DNA from: Octopus vulgaris
Lineage: Eukaryota
Length of the DNA stretch: 64,000 nt
NCBI GenBank assembly: GCA_951406725.2
Contig: OX597837.1
Span: forward strand, 26,102,001 to 26,166,000
Reading direction: 5' to 3'
In this document: positions 13,433 through 25,330 of the stretch, one piece after another
How positions within the stretch are numbered: position 1 is the first letter of the stretch
Layout of the letters: every line of letters starts with the position of its first letter
Program-made: the position numbers and the translations under genes
Notes under the pieces: generated by a model
What the model was told of the DNA's origin: nothing
What the model saw: the letters and a program-made list of their open reading frames with translations, nothing else
The model's database searches: none

Positions 13433-13595
13433 GTCATCCACTATACCCTTGGAGTGGTTGGCATTAGGAAGGGCATCCAGCTGCAGAAACCAAACCAAAA
13501 TCAGATTGGAACCTAGTACAGCTCTCTGGCTTACCAGCTCCAGTCAAACCGTCTAACTCATGCCAGCATTAAAAGCTGATGCTAAAAGATGATGA
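13433..13595 (+). mobile_element. RTE LINE 3'UTR end (family D)
   Basis: ggagtggttggcattaggaagggcatccagc ... gatgatga. Confidence 0.75.
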
Positions 13596-13763
13596 CAGAA
13601 ATATTGATGGCATTTCAAAAGCAACAAGAATTTGGGACAGGAAGGTCTTAAAAGAGACCCAAGAACAATGGGAAAATGTTGCCAATGGTCTGAGCTCCAC
13701 AGATAATGAAGGGCTGAAGTGAAGAAAGTACCCTCTGTCGCAATTTCAATATCCATGAATACC

Positions 13764-13996
13764 TGTTTCTTTATTGCCCACAAGGGGCTAAACATAGAGG
13801 GAACAAACAAGGACAGACATAGGTATTAAGTCGATTACATCGACCCCAGTGCGTAACTGGTACTTAATTTATCGACCCCGAAAGGATGCAAAGGCAAAGT
13901 CGACCTCGGCGGAATTTGAACTCACAACGTAACGGCAGACGAAATACGGCTATGCATTTCGCCCGGCGTGCTAACGTTTCTGCCAGCTCGCCGCCT
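13764..13996 (-). mobile_element. SINE B, full length
   Basis: 15-bp TSD atatccatgaatacc (13749-13763 and 13997-14011). Confidence 0.9.
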
Positions 13997-15289
13997 ATAT
14001 CCATGAATACCACCAGCCTGTAAATGGTCCACAAAGGTGGTCCACAAAGGTGTTGGCCACCATTCCTAGCACACAAGTTATATAAAGCCACTAACTCTAT
14101 ACCACATTTTCATCTCTCTCTCTCTCTCTCTCACTCTCACAAACACATATGTAAATATGTTAATATTTTATTCTAATAAAACTAACTGATCCCTTCCCAC
14201 CCCACATCAAAGACAGACCCAAAATCCTGAATTTCTGGTAATAAAACTTGAAAAATTCTACCCCCCCGCCACCACAACCCACCCACTTCTTCCCCCCCAC
14301 CGGTTCCCCTCTGTCATCTACCTCCACCATCCCCATTCCCCCCCACAGTCCATTGTTCTATATATTTTTCTTTATGACATAAATATCAATAAGAAATCAC
14401 AGCCAGAGTTATTGGTTGGTAACCATAGTAACGATTCTTGTAATATTTGCAGCAGCAATTACAGGCAGAACAGCGGCAGTGGTGATGGTGGGAGAGGAGG
14501 AGGAGGAGGAGGCGTAGGATCGCCACTGTTAGGAAAGCAGAGTAATTCCAGAACCAATATCAAACTACTACTACTACTACTACTACTACTATAATATTGG
14601 CATTCCATTACACACCAAGAATTACAGAGTACTCCAAGGTGGATTTATTCAGATGTAATAAAGATTTGTAGGAAAGACATGCAAAAATAATGATGATGAT
14701 GATGATTATGTTTAGCCCTAGGTCAGCCTTGATCAACCAGATTTACAATCAAATGAGTTCCACACGTGAACAACCCACCTTTACTCTATGCATGTCCAAC
14801 GAATCCCTCAATCTTAAAGGTAACAAGATGCAATTTACAAGAGATTTGGCTGTTGTTTCTAGCAAGTTAAACAACTAGATAGAAACTGCCAATGATAATG
14901 ATGACGACGATGATGATGAGGTGGAGGAGGAAGGTAATGATAATCCAAACATAAATTATGAGGGGGAGGATAAAACAAATGATATAACCACAGTACTTGG
15001 TTGGTCCTCCTTTTTTTTTTTATCAACTTCTGGGACTCATAGAATACAAACGGATGCAACTTTACCCTGCGAAGCAGTTTGTCTGTTACCCTAACAATCC
15101 TTTCTAATTTAGGCACGAGGCTAGCAATTTTGAGGGGAAGGGCAAGTTGATAACATGAATCCCAATACATGACTGGTATTCTGTTTTATTGACCTGGAAA
15201 AAGTTGACCTTGACTGGATTGCAATTGAGAACCCCAAAATAGTTGGAACAAATACTGTAAGGTACTTTCTTCTGACAATTCTGTCAATG

Positions 15290-15598
15290 AGAGAGAGAGA
15301 GAGAAAAAGAAAAGGTGAGGGAGAGAGAAAGAGAGTGTGTAGTTGTGTGTGTGTGTGTGTGTGTGTAAGTGCCTGTGTATACCTCAGTCTCATTCCATGG
15401 TTGGAGCTTTGCATGCTTATATGGGTACTTTGTGTGTGTGTATGTGTGTGTATAGAGAAAGAGAGAGGGTGAGGGTGTAGACTGGAGGGAGAGAGAGAAA
15501 GAGAGTGTGTGTAGTTGTGTGTGTGTGTGTGTGTAAGTGCCTGTGTATACCTCAGTCTCATTCCATGGTTGGAGCTTTGCATGCTTATATGGGTACTT

Positions 15599-15633
<35 letters not shown>

Positions 15634-16200
15634 AGAGTGTGTGTAGACTGGATAGAGAGAGAAAGAGAGTGTGTGTAGTTGTGTGTGTGTGTGTGTGTGT
15701 GTGTAAGTGCCTGTGTATACCTCAGTGTCATTCCATGTTTGGATCTTTGCATGCTTATATGGGTACTTTGTGTGTGTGTCTGTGTGTGTATAGAGAAAGA
15801 GAAAGGGTGAGGGTGTAGACTGGAGGGAGAGAGAGAAAGAGAGTGTGTGTGTAGTTGAGTGTGTAAGTGCCTGTGTATACCTCAGTGTCATTCCATGGTT
15901 TGATCTATGCATGTTTATATGGGTACTTTGTGTGTGTATGTAGAGAGAGAGAGGGTGAGAGTGTAGACTGGATAGAGAGAGAAAGAGAGTGTGTGTAGTT
16001 GTGTGTGTGTGTGTGTAAGTGCCTGTGTATACCTCAGTGTCATTCCATGTTTGGATCTTTGCATGCTTATATGGGTACTTTGTGTGTGTGTAGAGACAGA
16101 GAGAGAGAAAGAGAGAGGGTGAGGGTGTAGACTGGAGACAGAGAGAGGGTGAGGGTATAGACTGGAGACAGAGAGTGTGTTATGAGTAGACTGGAGAAAG
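15290..16200. repeat. ~150-170-bp tandem repeat x5 (unique core plus TG/GA microsatellite)
   Basis: Core gtaagtgcctgtgtatacctcagt..ccatg..gcatgcttatatgggtacttt at about 15365, 15533, 15703, 15863 and 16015. Confidence 0.9.
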
Positions 16201-16517
16201 AGGGGGGGTTAAAAGAGAGAGAAAGAAAGAGAGAGAGTGAGGAAAAGAAATGAGGTGGGGGCTATTCCAGTTTCCACTTTTAATCCAAACAGTTCTCAGT
16301 TTTCTTGGAGTAAAATTATCTGCTAATTTGACTCAGGATCATTGACTGAAATCCCCGTCACCACTACCCCACCCCTACTTTATCCTATAAGTAATAGAAG
16401 TAGTAGTGGTGGTGGTGGTGGTGGTGGTCAGTGTTCAAGATGGAATGGTAAATAAGGAAACTGAGATTACTGGAAGCTTTTGAAATATCTGATGTACAAA
16501 GACTTAAAGACTACAAT

Positions 16518-16731
16518 AGGTTTCAAATTTTGGCACAAAGCCAGCAATTTCAGGAGAGGGGGCAAGTTGATTTCATCGACCCCAGTGCGTAAATGGTACT
16601 TAACTTATCGTCCCCGAAAGGATGAAAGGCAAAGTCGACCTCGGCGGAATTTGAACTTAGAACACAGCGGGAGATGAAATACAGCTATGCATTTCGCACG
16701 GTGTGCTAACGTTTCTGCTAGCTCGCCGCCT
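16518..16731 (-). mobile_element. SINE B2
   Basis: B head and core with the ttgtgccaaaatttgaaacc tail. Confidence 0.85.
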
Positions 16732-16757
16732 TTTAAAGACTACTATAAAGTGGGGAG

Positions 16758-17063
16758 TGGAGGCACATGGCCTAGTGGTTACAGCAGCGGACTCGCGGTC
16801 GAGGGATCGTGGGTTCAAATCTCAGACCGGGCAATGTGTGTGTTTATGAGTGAAACATTTAAGCTCCACGCAGCTCCGGCAGAAGGTAATGGCGAACTTC
16901 TGCTGACTCTTTTGCCTAAACTTTCTCTCACTCTTTCCTCCTGCACCTTGCAGCTTATCTGTGGCAGACCGGCATCTCATCCAGGTGGGGAACCTATACG
17001 CCAAGGAAACCGGGAAACCGGCCCTTATAAGCCAGGGGTGGCTCGAGAAGGAACAAACAAAAC
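16758..17063 (+). mobile_element. tRNA-derived SINE C, tail type 1
   Basis: A-box tggcctagtgg, B-box ggttcaaatc, 13-bp TSD ataaagtggggag. Confidence 0.9.
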
Positions 17064-17327
17064 ATAAAGTGGGGAGAGGGTGGGTAACTGTAGTGGTAGT
17101 AGCGATAGTAGTAGCTGTAGTAGTCATACTACAACAATTACCTAGTAATAGTAGTGGAGTTGGTAGTGGTATAAGTAGTTGTAGTAGCAGCTGATACATG
17201 CAGAAGAGAGGATGTGTAGTTCCACATCTACTGAGTGTATATTGAAACAAATGTCGGCTACTTCAAACCATTTCACTTCCATTTAATGTTCTTAACATAA
17301 AACAACACAATGTAAACTTTGACAGAT

Positions 17328-17541
17328 TACTCTTTACTCTTTTACTTGTTTCAGTCATTTGACTGTGGCCATGCTGGAGCACTGCCTTTAGTCGAGTAAA
17401 TCGACCCCAGGACTTATTCTTTGTAAGCCCAGTACTTATTCTATCGGTCTCTTTTGCCGAACCGCTAAGTTACGGGGATGTAAACACACCAGCATCGGTT
17501 GTCAAGCGATGTTGAGGGGACAAAGACAGACACACAAATGT

Positions 17542-17583
<42 letters not shown>

Positions 17584-17679
17584 TGCTCTCTTTTGCTGAA
17601 TCACTAAGCTACAGGGACGTAAACACAACAGCATTGGTTGTCAAGTGATGTTGGGGGGGACAAGCACAGACACACAAAC

Positions 17680-17721
<42 letters not shown>

Positions 17722-17912
17722 ACATACACATATGTATATACATATATATGACAGGCTTCTTTCAGTTTCCGTCTACCAAATCCACTCACAAGGCTTTGGT
17801 CGGTCCGAGGCTATAATAGAAGACACTTGCCCAAGGTGCCACGCAGTGGGACTGAACCCAGAAGCATGTGGTTCGTAAGCAAGCTACTTACCACACAGCC
17901 ACTCCTGCACCT
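17328..17912 (-). mobile_element. SINE A with a duplicated internal segment
   Basis: The family A segment from ctcttttgc to (TA)n occurs twice. Confidence 0.85.
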
Positions 17913-18325
17913 ATATAAATAATAATAATAATAATAATTTTTTAAAAAACAAAACTGTTGTCTCAAAATTACATTTGATATCACAGTGTATTTTTTCTGT
18001 TCTGAAAAAAAATGTTGTTGCTGTTGTTGTTGTTGTTATTGAAATCTTGTAGGATAGTTCTATATTGGAACTCCTAAATCACCAACTTTATGCTATTTTA
18101 TAGAAACTGGATCTATTTTTTTGGGAATTCTGACAGCCATTATCTTCTCAACATCTCTTGTTGATGGTTTTGGTTGATTTCTTGGAGAAACGTAAAGGAA
18201 GGAAATGGCACTGCCAGAAGAATATCTATCAAGAATTGGACGGTTTGGGTGGGAGCTTATGCATTTCGATGCCTTCATTGATAGCATAATCATCATCACA
18301 AACAATTTTACAAAATATTAGAAGC

Positions 18326-19113
18326 AATTATTATTATTATTATTATTGTTGTTGTTATTATTATTGTTATTATTATTGTTGTTGTTATTATTATTATTGT
18401 TATTGTTGTTATTATTATTGTTATTATTATTATTGTTGTTGTTGGTATTATTATTATTATTGTTGTTGGTATTATTATTATTGTTGTTGTTGGTATTATT
18501 ATTATTGTTGTTGTTGGTATTATTATTATTGTTGTTGTTATTATTATTATTGTTATTATTATTGTTGTTGTTATTATTATTGTTGTTATTATTGTTATTA
18601 TTATTGTTGTTGTTGGTATTATTATTGTTGTTGTTGTTATTATTATTATTGTTATTATTATTGTTGTTGTTGGTATTATTATTGTTGTTGGTATTATTAT
18701 TGTTGTTGTTGTTGTTGTTGTTATTGTTGTTGTTGTTATTATTATTATTGTTGCTGTTGTTGGTATTATTATTATTATTGTTGTTGTTGGTATTATTATT
18801 ATTATTGTTGTTGTTGGTATTATTATTATTATTGTTGTTGTTGTTATTATTATTATTGTTGTTATTATTATTGTTATTATTATTATTATTGTTGTTGGTA
18901 TTATTATTGTTGTTGTTGGTATTATTATTATTGTTGTTGTTGTTATTATTATTATTGTTGTTATTATTATTATTGTTGTTATTATTATTGTTATTATTAT
19001 TATTGTTGTTGGTATTAGTATTATTATTGTTGTTGTTATTATTATTATTATTATTATTGTTATTATTATTATTATTGTTGTTGTTGTTATTATTATTACT
19101 GTTATTGTTATTA

Positions 19114-19145
<32 letters not shown>

Positions 19146-19150
19146 TTTTA
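18326..19150. repeat. (TTA/TTG)n tract, ~820 bp
   Basis: Directly visible. Confidence 0.95.
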
Positions 19151-19215
19151 TTACTACTGCATTGGGCAAAATGCTTAACAGCATTTCATCCATCTTTACG
19201 TTCTGAGTTCAAATT

Positions 19216-19405
19216 GGCACCTGTGACGTTGCAACTCATTTCTACAGCTGAGTGAACTGGAGGAACGTGAAAAGCACCTGTGATGGTGACATGTAAAAAG
19301 GCACCCATGATGGTGACCCACAACAAGCAGCCCAGTCCGAGATTCAAACTCACAACCTCACGATCGTAAGCTCGACGCTCTAACCACTGAGCCATGCGCC
19401 TTCAC
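19216..19405 (-). mobile_element. SINE E (tRNA head plus CORE-like domain), 5' part, with minisatellite units inserted
   Basis: Matches 53688-53850. The central gtgttcttgagcaagacactttatt is replaced by 26-bp units. Confidence 0.8.
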
Positions 19406-19425
19406 TATATCAACTGTATTTGTAG

Positions 19426-19485
19426 TCCTTAATAAATACTGGAGTGACTGGGAAGATTTTGTTACAAACTCTTGCCAGAAGGAAG
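19426..19485 (+). CDS. Weak candidate 60-nt internal exon
   Basis: tatttgtag|TCC ... GAAG|gtacgt. Two frames are open (LNKYWSDWEDFVTNSCQKE or SLINTGVTGKILLQTLARRK). No homology recognised. Confidence 0.15.
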
Positions 19486-20448
19486 GTACGTGACATTATC
19501 TGTTGAATCCTAGAAGTTCAAAGGATTGAACCAAATGTCAAGAAGAATCTTTGAACACCATCCATAATGAAACCAATTAAAAATTAATTGGATGGACAAA
19601 GGAGAAACCGATCAGTTGAAGAGAAGGGATTGGTAAATGCTGGCACATATTGTTGTTATTTGTTTGTGAGATTGGATATGTTTGTGCTAGGGAGCTGATG
19701 GTATAACATATGACCTGACTGCAGACAAGGGGATGGAAGGAGGGAGAGAAAGAAGAAGAAATTGACTGGGTTTGAAATAATGAATGTTGTAAATACAAGG
19801 GCGAGAGAAAGATGGGGGTGAGGAGAATATCAAGACAGTCGTTTAGGAAGAAAACTTGTACAGGAAGCCAGAGATATTACATCAAAGTCATACAGGATGC
19901 CACAGACATTACATAACATCAAAGAATTCGAGTTTCCTTTAGACAGAAAATATTCTTTCCTAACCATATTTCCAACCAGTAATTATTGTGTTTGAACAAC
20001 GCTGAAATTGTCAAGTTCAAGCCATGACTTCCTCAATCAGCAACATTGGAATATTTCTCTGTTTGCGTCTCCCTCTCTTGTGAAATAATACCCTGCGTCT
20101 ATTGGAATCCCGCTTAAAGGAAACAGTTTTAATTACAAATGATTCCAAATCAATAAGAGCTGTCGCTAATTGACATCATTACCAAAGAAACGAGCACAGT
20201 TGCAATTGCCAGGCTGTCATGTTATACAATAAGTTGTTTATAGAGGAAATATCAACAACTGGCAGCGGAGTTTGGTAACAAGGCATCCACCATTTTGGAA
20301 TATATCACAAACACAATGAAACATATTTCTAAAAACTGTTTTTATTGAGAAAACATCGAATCACAATTGCACCCATTCAGACTCTCGATTTCTATTCTTC
20401 CCTAATCATTCATTTCTAATAATAAGAGAGAAGAGGAAGCTGCCCTAA

Positions 20449-21101
20449 CCCTTTAGCATTTAAACCGGCCATATCCGGCCAAAAGTATTCTGCCTGTTCT
20501 ATGTTCAAACTGGCCGGATCTGGTCTCTCACACCAACCCTACAATATCATTTTAAAAATTAATAGCTACCTCATCAAAATCTCATAGCTACAAGATAATG
20601 CATTTAAACTGGCCATATCCGGCCAAAAGTATTCTGCCTGTTCTATGTTCAAACTGGCCGGATCTGGTCTCTCACACCAACCCTACAATATCGTTTTAAA
20701 AATTAATAGCTACCTCATCAAAATCTCATAGCTACAAGATAATGCATTTAAACTGGCCATATCCGGCCAAAAGTATTCTGCCTGTTCTATGTTCAAACTG
20801 GCCGGATCTGGTCTCTCACACCAACCCTACAATATCGTTTTAAAAATTAATAGCTACCTCATCAAAATCTCATAGCTACAAGATAATGCATTTAAACTGG
20901 CCATATCCGGCCAAAAGTATTCTGCCTGTTCTATGTTCAAACTGGCCGGATCTGGTCTCTCACACCAACCCTACAATATCGTTTTAAAAATTAACAGCTA
21001 CCTCATCAAAATCTCATAGCTACAAGATAATGCATGATTAGTTCAAAACAATGTGGATAAAAAAGGATTAATTTTGGCAGAATAATACGAACACTAAAGG
21101 G
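20449..21101. mobile_element. piggyBac-like MITE with an internal 144-bp unit amplified x4
   Basis: TIRs CCCTTTAG / CTAAAGGG, CTAA TSD on both sides, units at 20457, 20601, 20745 and 20889. Single-unit sister copy at 52519-52739. Confidence 0.9.
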
Positions 21102-21165
21102 CTAAACATGTTTGCCACTGGTCTCCTTCTCTCTTCATCCAGGCTGCCATTTTGTATTTCATTTA

Positions 21166-21570
21166 GGTGCTGGAGTGGCTGTGTGGTAAGTAGCATGCTA
21201 ACCAACCACATGGTTCCGGGTTCAGTCCCACTGCGTAGCATCTTGGGCAACTGTCTTCTGCTATAGTCTCGGGCCGACCAAAGCCTTGTGAGTGGATTTG
21301 GTAGGCAGAAACTGAAAGAAACCCGTCGTATATATGTATATATATATATATATGTGAGTTTGTGTGTCTGTGTTTGTCTCCCCAACATTGCTTGACAACC
21401 GATGGTGGTGTGTTTACGTCCCCGTAACTTAGCGGTTCGGCAAAAGAGACCGATAGAATAAGTACTGGGCTTACAAAGAATAAGTCCTGGGGTTGATTTG
21501 CTCGACTAAAGGTGGTGCTCCAGCATGGCCACAGTCAAATGACTGAAACAAGTAAAAGAGCAAAAGAGTA
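21166..21570 (+). mobile_element. SINE A, full length
   Basis: Family consensus match. Confidence 0.9.
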
Positions 21571-22315
21571 AACTGACCATCAGCAACACAACCATCACCA
21601 CCACCACCACCACCATTGCCATCATACCACCACCGTCATCATCAGCACAATATTAATAGCTATCTACCACTACAACACAACAGAATCCTCTCACCACCCC
21701 TCCATCTGATCTACTAGTTACATACTTAACAGCTTCTTCTTCAGTAAGTCCATATATATACACTCACACTTGTTCCTTGTTTACAGCATTGACATAATAA
21801 TTACCAAACTGTGTCTGCAGTGATGGAATATTATGAAGTAAATCAATGATTTATTCTATGAATAATGAATAATGATTAATGTAGAACAAAGTACAGCTGT
21901 CGTAATCTGGTGAGTTCCATGCTGTTAGTCATATAGCCAGTAGATGACAAGTGTATAACAATACATATTTTTTAACAATATATAATGTATAGTTTAGGTG
22001 AAATATATGGCAATATATAATACATATTTAAAAGGATTATTTAAATAACTGCTGTACATGTGTTTCCATAATGGACATATAACAGGCTTATATCTTAAAT
22101 ATCCATTGCTTTATTGGCAATTTGAAATCTAAATGTTTAAAGTGAAGGAAAATATAGTGTTTGTTATTACATATTGGATAATGTGTACAACACGGCTGAT
22201 ACGAAATTACCAAATGAGAAAATTAATATCAAAACGAAATGTGACAGAAATAAAAATGAAGAATATATATGTGTGTATACACAAACACACACACAGACAT
22301 ATATATATATATAAA

Positions 22316-22590
22316 TATATAGTAAAAATAATTATCGAATATAGTGTTGACGAAGGAAATCAAGCTATTTTCGAAGCTTGTGATCTAGAAACATGTTCAC
22401 TATTAACGGTAAGAGATTGTTTTCGTTTATTTGCTACTCCGATTTTGCGTATGTGAATCGCGGGGTCCGTCGTATATGGAATCTCCACTTATAGAAAATG
22501 GAAAAAACAGTCTTTGACTGCCATTTCTAATTCCTTCGGTATGCGGCGAAGCAGCCTGTTGCTTTCCCTTTTAATTATTTTTACTATATA
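22316..22590 (+). mobile_element. Probable Penelope-like pLTR relic with a hammerhead-like motif
   Basis: 19-bp inverted ends tatatagtaaaaataatta / taattatttttactatata. Internal atagtg-TTGACGA...GAAA-catg-TT-cactat (22341-22403). Confidence 0.45.
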
Positions 22591-22684
22591 CTGAACTTTA
22601 CAAAAGTTCCTGACGATGAATTTGTCATATTTACATACCAAAATTTACCGGTAAATAATTGTTGGTTATATGAAAAACCACTGA

Positions 22685-22713
<29 letters not shown>

Positions 22714-22715
<2 letters not shown>

Positions 22716-22940
22716 ACGGAAGGTTTACGAAAATAAACAAAAGACGAAGGCAGGTTTATGAAAATAAACAAAAGACGAAGGCAGGTGGAGTACAAACAAA
22801 TAATGTATTAGTATGGCGCTCAGGAATAGAAATAAAACAAGTCTTTTACGTTTTGAGCCTACGCTCTTCGGCAGAAAGATACACAGTAAAGAAACAAGGA
22901 GAGAAAAAATTTGTGTAGGGGCTAACGATCCAACATGGCA
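22714..22940 (-). mobile_element. Probable Penelope-like pLTR relic with a degenerate hammerhead
   Basis: Minus strand 22842-22879: tcttt-CTGCCGA-a-gagc-gtag-gctc-AAAA-cg-TA-aaaga. Stems I and II are intact and the core is mutated. Confidence 0.4.
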
Positions 22941-22970
22941 TTCATATATGGCGTTCATATATACATACAT

Positions 22971-23274
22971 GTGGAGGCGCAATGGCCAAGTGGTTAGGGC
23001 AGCAGACTCGCAGTCGTAGGATTGCGGTTTCGATTCCCAGACCGGGCGTGGTGAGTGTTTACTGAGCGTAAACACCTAAAGCTCCACGAGGCTCCCGCAG
23101 GGGGTGGTGGTGATCCCTGCTGTACTCTTTCATCGCAACTTTCTCTCAATCTTTCTTCTGTTGGCCTGCTCGCTTAGCCACCGAGGTGGCGCCATTTGAA
23201 GGCTAAAACTATGCGAAGCGCATTGTGACCAGCGATGTGTAGCAACATCTGATAGCCTGGTCGGTCACGGTGAT
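22971..23274 (+). mobile_element. SINE C, tail type 2
   Basis: C head, then tail ttggcctgctcgcttagcc...cattgtgaccagcgatgtgtagc...ggtcacggtgat. Confidence 0.9.
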
Positions 23275-23515
23275 ACATACATACATACATACATATTCAT
23301 ACACACAGACATACAAAATCAGTAGTAGGGGGTGGATGCTCTGAGAGCATAGCTGCTAGAGTAAGAATAGGTTGGGCAAAGTTCAGAGAGCTCCTACCTC
23401 TGTTGGTAACAAAGGGCCTCTCTCTCTCAGAGTGAAAGGCAAATTGTATGATGCCTGTGTGTGAACAGCCATGTTACATGGCAGTGAAACATGGGCTGAT
23501 TGCTGAAGACGAGGA

Positions 23516-23924
23516 CGGTACACGGACAGGATGTTGAATGCACTTTTGCCAAAGGACAAGAAGCCAAACGGACACAATGCCAAATGGACATAAAGCCAAA
23601 CAGACAAGATGCCAAAAAGACATACAAAAATTAAAATATATGAAAATCGTTTTATTCCTACAATATGACCATTTGACACACTGAATCGGTCATTAAACTA
23701 TGTAGGTAGAAATACTCTTTTACTCTTTTACGTGTTTCAGTCATTTGACTGCGGCCATGCTGGAGCACCGCCTTTAGTCGAGCAAATCGACCCCGGGACT
23801 TATTCTTTGTAAGCCCAGTACTTATTCTATCGGTCTCTTTTGCCGAACCGCTAAGTGACGGGGGACGTAAACACACCAGCATTGGTTGTCAAGCAATGCT
23901 AGGGGAACAAACACAGACACACAA

Positions 23925-23963
<39 letters not shown>

Positions 23964-24156
23964 TACGACAGGCTTCTTTCAGTTTCCGTCTACCAAATCC
24001 ACTCACAAGGCATTGGTCGGCCCGGAGCTATAGCAGAAGACACTTGCCCAAGATGCCATGCAGTTTTTTTTTTTTTTATTGTGTCCATTTGGCTTTATGT
24101 CTGTTCAGCTTCTTGTCCTTTGGCAAAAGTGCATTTGGCATCCTGTCTACACACGG
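23516..24156. mobile_element. Non-autonomous TIR DNA transposon nested in the RTE
   Basis: Inverted ends gacaggatg..aatgcacttttgccaaaggacaagaagc, ~16-bp subterminal repeats gccaaaYRgaca, imperfect 8-9-bp gaggac-containing TSD. Confidence 0.7.
23713..24063 (-). mobile_element. SINE A nested in the TIR element (head truncated)
   Basis: Family consensus match. Confidence 0.9.
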
Positions 24157-24683
24157 CTGAGGACATGCATAGGCTTGAAAGAAATGAAGCTAGTATGCTT
24201 CACTGGATGTATAATGTCAGTGAGCATGTATGACAGAGTGTAGGTGTCTTGAGAGAAAGGCTGGGCATAAGAGGCATCAGATGTGGTGTGCAAGAGAAAC
24301 GACTGTGTTGGTACGGTGATGTGGTGTGCAAGAGAAACGACTGTGTTGGTACGGTCATGTGATGCGGATGTGGACAGTTGTGTGAAGAAGTGCCAATCTC
24401 TACCAGTAGAAGGAAGCTGTGGAAGAGGGAAACCCAGGAAGACATGGCATGAGGTGGTGAAGCATAATCTTCAAACGTTGGACCTCATGGAAGCAATGAC
24501 TAGTGACTGAGACCTTTGGTGATATGCCACGCTTGAGAAGCCATGTCAAGCCAAGGGAAACCATACCTGTGGTCATTTTTGGGGTCATATAACTGGTACC
24601 CATGCTAGTGGCATGTAAAAAGCACCTTTTGAGCATTTGGCCCTCACAGAAGCAATGTGGCTGATGCTGGTGTTGTGTAAATA

Positions 24684-24919
24684 TATTTCTTTACTACCCA
24701 CAAGGGGCTAAACACAGAAGGGACAAACAAGGACAGACAAACGGATTAAGTCGATTACATCGACCCTGGTGCGTAACTGGTACTTAATTTATCGACCCCC
24801 GAAAGTATGAAAAGCAAAGTCGACCTCGGCGGAATTTGAACACAGAACGTAGCGGCAGATGAAATACGGCTACGCATTTCGCCCGGCGTGCTAACGTTTC
24901 TGGCAGCTCGCCGCCTTTT
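24684..24919 (-). mobile_element. SINE B inserted in the RTE 3'UTR
   Basis: 13-bp TSD tgttgtgtaaata (24671-24683 and 24920-24932). Confidence 0.9.
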
Positions 24920-25330
24920 TGTTGTGTAAATAGCACCTGTGCTGGTGGCATGTGTAAAAGCACCTTCCAGGCGCTGGGCCTCATGCAGGCAATGACAAAT
25001 GACCAAGACCTTTGGCAATATACTCTGCAAGAGAAGAAGACCCATCAAGCCAAGCGAAATCATAGTCAAGGCAGATATTGGTATCATGCAAACTGACACC
25101 CATGCCAGTGGCTTGTAAAAGCACCCATTACACTCTTGGAGTGGTTGGCATTAGGAAGGGCATCCTGCCATAGAAACCATGCCAAATCAGACTAGGGTCT
25201 GGCGCAGCCACTCAGTTTATCAGCCCTGGTCAAACCATCCAACCTATGCCAGCATGGATAATGGCCACTAACTGATGATGATGATGATGATACAGACACA
25301 TTCACAGACACACACACACACACACATGGA

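Larger units (their letters stand above)
23320..25290 (+). mobile_element. 5'-truncated RTE-clade LINE (RT C-terminus plus 3'UTR), frameshifted and interrupted three times
   Basis: Translates as GGCSESIAARVRIGWAKFRELLPLL..KGKLYDACV..MLHGSETWA..EDMHRLERNEASMLHWM..RLCWYG..VEGSCGRGKPRKTW, typical of RTE/BovB-like RT C-termini. (GAT)n tail at about 25274-25290. Confidence 0.9.

Noticed and set aside
12679-13498. Cys/His-rich repetitive ORFs and CRISPR-like periodicity
   Set aside because: Contiguous 26-bp units without unique spacers, in eukaryotic DNA with no cas genes
16758-16830. tRNA genes at SINE heads (also 22971, 30290, 53688)
   Set aside because: A/B boxes are present but acceptor stems are not intact, and each continues into a repeat body
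18060-18320. Unique coding-looking segment with short ORFs on both strands
   Set aside because: Several short frames with stops, no consistent splice pair and no recognisable protein
18318-19206. Poly-Asn and poly-Leu ORFs (likewise poly-T/V/I/D ORFs elsewhere)
   Set aside because: Trinucleotide microsatellites
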